Assembly (NCBI GenBank): GCA_965213675.1
Contig: OZ243916.1
Span: 1,312,001-1,376,000, forward strand
Source of the DNA: an uncultured Candidatus Binatia bacterium
Lineage (GTDB): Bacteria > Desulfobacterota > Binatia > UBA9968 > JAJDTQ01
Length of the DNA: 64,000 nucleotides
Direction: 5' to 3'
Below, one piece after another: positions 60,328-64,000 of the stretch (the stretch's first letter is position 1; the number at the start of each line of letters is the position of its first letter). The translations under genes were made by a program, and so were the position numbers. The notes under the pieces are model-generated. The model searched no databases. It had not been told where the DNA came from and was given only the letters and a program-made list of their open reading frames with translations.

Positions 60328-60944
60328 TCAGGATGCGTTTTCCTTCTTCGGCTGAGCGAACTCCTCGGGCTCGTTGGCGTCGTACCAGCCGTAGGGTTTC
60401 TCATTGCCCTGGGGGAAGCTCGGGCCGGGATATTCCAAGGTCTGCCAACCCACGCGGTCCTTGTTGCCGCCATGCCGCGGATGGCCGTAGAAGCCCTCCA
60501 TGGTATGGGTCAGCAGCAGCGTGAAGAACGGGTCCTTGCGCTGGTCCAGCACGGCCAGCACCTGATCCGGCCCGCGTCTTCCAGACCGCAAAAGTCCTTG
60601 CCCGAACCCGACTCCGCCGCCAGCCGGTCCAGCTCCAACACCCCGTCGCGATAGGCCTGGACGTGGCGGCTGCCCGTGCCGTGGAGCTTGAACAGCGTCG
60701 CCTGCTGCTCCTCGGTGCGGCCGCCCATGCCGCCGAGGATGAAGTTGGCGTACTCCTTCTTCTCCCTGGGGCTGATGTCCGTGTCCACATCCTCGTCCGC
60801 GGCCAGGAGGCCCTCGATGTAGTCGATGACTCCCGCCTCCCGCGCGCCCGCCGCCTCGTCCGACGGCACGATGCGCGCCGCCGCCGCCTCGATGGTGGCG
60901 CGTTCATGGACTGAAAGGACCGTATCTGAATCCGCGTCGCTCAT
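60328..60944 (-). pseudogene. Gluconate 2-dehydrogenase subunit 3 family, split by a 1-nt frameshift
   Basis: N-half RIVPSDEAAGAREAGVIDYIE; C-half FFTLLLTHTMEGFYGHPRHGGN..GWQTLEYPG; total 617 nt, shift near 60570. Confidence 0.8.
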
Positions 60945-61069
60945 GTCGAACCTGCTTTCCGACCTTCCTTGATCCGCTTCGCTGCCGGACTTCCCACGCC
61001 CGCCGACACCCACCGGGAGCGCGCAAGCCATCCACGAGGCACCATACAACAGAGGAAACGAAGTGAGAA

Positions 61070-61348
61070 GCATTCGGGAATGCAATGCGCGTACTCCAGC
61101 GCCGAATACCCCCTGACGCGGGACCCCGGCACAGGGCGGTCGGCGACAAGAAACGGATGAGGGATGTGCTTGCGCCAAGGCGGAGCCAGTGCGTACAGTT
61201 CACGACGAAGCTGGTGAATGCGCCCGGAACGGGTCCAGGGCGCCCGTTGGCGCCGGATCCCCACCGGGTCGGCGCCCCCGCAAAGCAGCAGTCCCGTCTC
61301 GAACACGGGTTCGTTGGCGACGACGTCGAGCCGTTGAGCAAATTTGAT
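61070..61348 (-). pseudogene. Degenerate AbiEi-type (type IV TA) antitoxin N-terminal remnant
   Basis: KFAQRLDVVANEPVFETGLLL..DPVGIRRQ..W..GRIHQLRRELYALAPP..PHPFLVA..YSALEY..IPE; no C-terminus or toxin. Confidence 0.7.
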
Positions 61349-61467
61349 TTGCAAGACAACCTGCTATTGTCCATTGACAACAACGTTCCGGCCTTCCCAG
61401 AGTGACACTGAGCTGGAGTTGTCACGCAAGATTGCCCGCTCGACTCTCCGCTTCCCCACAGGTTCAC

Positions 61468-62997
61468 ATGATCCGTTCCCCCTCCCCGCCTTCCCTTCAT
61501 GCGGACTACCCTACCTCCACGGCCCAGTGGTCCCTGGTGGTCCATCGGGTGAGCAAGACCACCGCGGAGGTCTGGGTGGGAACGCTGTTCCCGACCTTGA
61601 AGATGCCGGAGCGTGCGCGTGTGCGGCTATTCCGGGACGGCCGGGAGGTGCGTTCGGCACCGATCACCCTATCCGACTGGCAACGTCCGTTTCGGGGCAT
61701 GCGGCGGCGCTTCTACAAGGTCGTGACCTTTCGGCGGCTGGAACCTGGAAGCGCGTACCGGGTCACGTTCGAGCGGCTTGTTGACGACAGCAAGGCCCAT
61801 GGCGCTGTCCGCCGCTGGCAGGGGCTGCGCGCGGGCGCGTTCCGCACACTGCCGCCGCGCCTGCCCCGTAAGGGCGACGGCGCTTTCACCCTCGGTCTCG
61901 GGAGCTGCTTCTACCCTCATCGCGACGGGGGCCGGGCAGCCGCCGCCTACCGGGCGCTCTGTACGCACGACGACGATACCGTCCGCCCGGACATCACGGC
62001 GCTCACCGGCGATCAGGTCTACCTGGACGTCGGTTTCGATTCCCTGTCCCTGATACCGCAGGAGATCCGCGAGCGCGTCGCCGACGACTACGCCCTACAC
62101 TGGCAGGCCCTGGACGGCATCTTCGGCCATGGCGGCACCTGGATGCTGCCCGACGACCACGAATACTGGAACGACTTCCCGTTCACAGACTCGCCCATCC
62201 CGGCCCTCTGGTCCCTGCGTTTCCCCCATGTCCGCCGGCACTGGGAGGCGGTGGCGCGCGACGGCGTCATGAATGTCCAGCGCTCGCCTGTGGTGGAGAC
62301 GGTCGCCATCGGAGACGACGTGACCCTCTGCTTCGCCGACCTGCGCTCCCACCGCACGGAAGCGGCCTTCCTCCCCGAAGCGCCCTTCGCCGCACTGCTG
62401 GACTGGGCGCGCCACAGGACCGGCCCCGGCATCCTCGTGATTCCCCAGCCGTTGATGGTGCGTCGAAGCCGCGCGGAGCGGAACCTGCTGAGCTACCGGC
62501 GCCAATACACCGAACTGCTGAACGCCCTGGCCGCCGCGCCCCACGACATCGTGGTGCTGAGCGGCGACGTCCACTTCGGGCGCATTGCCAGTGTCCCCAT
62601 GGGCGCGTGCGGCGCGCGGCTCTTCGAGATCATCTCCTCGCCCCTGTCGAACCTCACCGGACTCAACGGCGTCGCCGCCAACACCGCCACGGGCCGGCCC
62701 GAGAGCTTCCCCGCCGCTCCCATCGCCAACCAACTGGGCTGGCCGCCACGCAAGGTGAATCATTACAAGGACCGCAACGGACGCGGGCGTTTCTTCGTCT
62801 CCACCCGCAAGGGCCGCCTGCTGTCGGACTATCCCAGGACGCGCACACGGGAACACTTCATGACCGTGAGCCTGTGCCGCGCGGACGGCGGCGGCATCGA
62901 ACTGACAGCCCAAGCCTGGCTGGTGCGCGAGCCAACCGGCCCCGGAGACCTGCCGGCCAAGGGCTTCCGGCGCCCGTTCCGCACGGTGTTGCGATAA
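61468..62997 (+). CDS. PhoD-like metallophosphoesterase
   Basis: LGSCF, GDQVYLD, PDDHEYWND, DLRSHR, LSGDVH, ISSP. Confidence 0.8.
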   Translation: MIRSPSPPSLHADYPTSTAQWSLVVHRVSKTTAEVWVGTLFPTLKMPERARVRLFRDGREVRSAPITLSDWQRPFRGMRRRFYKVVTFRRLEPGSAYRVTFERLVDDSKAHGAVRRWQGLRAGAFRTLPPRLPRKGDGAFTLGLGSCFYPHRDGGRAAAAYRALCTHDDDTVRPDITALTGDQVYLDVGFDSLSLIPQEIRERVADDYALHWQALDGIFGHGGTWMLPDDHEYWNDFPFTDSPIPALWSLRFPHVRRHWEAVARDGVMNVQRSPVVETVAIGDDVTLCFADLRSHRTEAAFLPEAPFAALLDWARHRTGPGILVIPQPLMVRRSRAERNLLSYRRQYTELLNALAAAPHDIVVLSGDVHFGRIASVPMGACGARLFEIISSPLSNLTGLNGVAANTATGRPESFPAAPIANQLGWPPRKVNHYKDRNGRGRFFVSTRKGRLLSDYPRTRTREHFMTVSLCRADGGGIELTAQAWLVREPTGPGDLPAKGFRRPFRTVLR

Positions 62998-63084
62998 TCT
63001 GAGTGGGCCTCGCAGGGCGTGATGAACGGCGTTGGATTGACGACCGTCGGACGCCTGCTTGGCCACCGCCAGCGGGAGACCACC

Positions 63085-63966
63085 TCACTCTATCCCAAAG
63101 GCCTCACCCTTGATCCCTGCCCACACGAATGCCGGAAGCGCCAAAAAGCTCTCGTCCACCATGATCTGCGACCTGACGCCTAATTCGAGCAATTTGAGCA
63201 ACCTGCACATTTCCTTTCCGTCAATCAAATCCAACGGGGGCGCTCCATCCCGCACGGCTTCCTGAACGGCGTCCTTGGTGAAGTGGCCGGTAATGAGAAA
63301 CAGTCCCTTGTCTGTTCGCCCCACCATGGCACCTCGGAAATCACGGATTAGGCCCGCACCGACGGCGCCGTCGTACCGCTTACATTGAAAGAGCACGTGA
63401 AACGACAAAAGGTTGATACGCAGGACACCTACTCCATCGATGCCGCCGTCTCCCGTTCGGCCGGTGACCTCTACGTTTGTGAAGCCCGATTCTCGCAACA
63501 GCCGTTGACAAAGGCGCTCGAACGCCTCCGGCTTCATGCGCTTTAGGACAGACAGCAAGTTGTCTTCCCAGCTCTGTCCGTTGATGGTTGGTTCCGGATC
63601 GTTGTCGGGGTCAACTCCGTTCTTTCGCTTACGTGACCCTGCTGCTTGGGCCGTCTTGTCGCATTCTCTGACTTGTTCGTCTGAACCAAGACTTCGTCCA
63701 AGGTCCGTTAACGACCATATTCCTCGCTTGCTGTTGACGACAGCGCCCATCAGCTTGAGCCGGTTTCGCGCCCAGGCTGCACGGTAGTCAATCTCGGACT
63801 GGGGACCACTCCCGTGACGGATCTCAAGGACCTCGTCGGAAAGCTGCATGATCGCAGCAATCCCTCTCGAGATTTCCTGGATTGAAGCGGATCCGCCAAA
63901 CTCGACCAAAGCCTGTATGGTGGACCACATCAAGTCAATCTGAGTTGGTACTTTCGGGTCCCTCAC
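63085..63966 (-). CDS. mrr: Second Mrr-family restriction endonuclease
   Basis: Mrr_N (AWARNRLK, RGIWSLT); FERLCQRLL, GRTGDGGIDG, FQCKRY, RDFRGAM, LIDG. Confidence 0.88.
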   Translation of the reverse strand: MRDPKVPTQIDLMWSTIQALVEFGGSASIQEISRGIAAIMQLSDEVLEIRHGSGPQSEIDYRAAWARNRLKLMGAVVNSKRGIWSLTDLGRSLGSDEQVRECDKTAQAAGSRKRKNGVDPDNDPEPTINGQSWEDNLLSVLKRMKPEAFERLCQRLLRESGFTNVEVTGRTGDGGIDGVGVLRINLLSFHVLFQCKRYDGAVGAGLIRDFRGAMVGRTDKGLFLITGHFTKDAVQEAVRDGAPPLDLIDGKEMCRLLKLLELGVRSQIMVDESFLALPAFVWAGIKGEAFGIE

Positions 63967-64000
63967 GTTGCCCCCTCGTTCGTCAACTGAGTAGTGTCCA

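Overview
High-GC bacterial chromosome segment. The gene style (Bug/TctC, UbiX, many aromatic hydrolases) is suggestive of a Binatia/deltaproteobacterium-like organism, but taxonomy cannot be established from this window. Left to right: (1) a minus-strand gene run with TPR, CoxD/CoxE-type AAA+/VWA pair, split XdhC, archaeal-type CTP-dependent riboflavin kinase, UbiX, two split-barrel flavin proteins, a CouO-like amidohydrolase and an anaerobic sulfatase maturase; (2) a decaying defence/TA patch at about 9.4-13.6 kb with a DUF2283 TA pair, Mrr, dead hicA, ghost hicB, decarboxylase and ATPase remnants, and two related AT-rich sites; (3) a ZMP/ZTP riboswitch with terminator controlling aminotransferase-serA-purA; (4) a divergent GGT, PcrA/UvrD, acetoacetyl-CoA ligase, a VNTR coiled-coil protein, alpha/beta hydrolases and a Ugp-like ABC transporter; (5) a hydroxycinnamate-type catabolic cluster with tandem HCHL, TctCAB, an NDP-forming acyl-CoA ligase, a LigB/LigA-type dioxygenase and a Zn-ADH; (6) thrH, amidohydrolase, SDR, ogt, DUF924, ArsS plus glycosyltransferase, class III aminotransferase, DppBC, RecQ, a GMC oxidoreductase with a frameshifted small subunit, an AbiEi remnant, a PhoD-like protein and a second Mrr. 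I saw no rRNA, tRNA, CRISPR array or intact transposase. The best candidate for an undescribed system is the RibK-UbiX-split-barrel module, a possible prenylated-FMN supply line. All family calls come from motif recognition by eye, not database searches.
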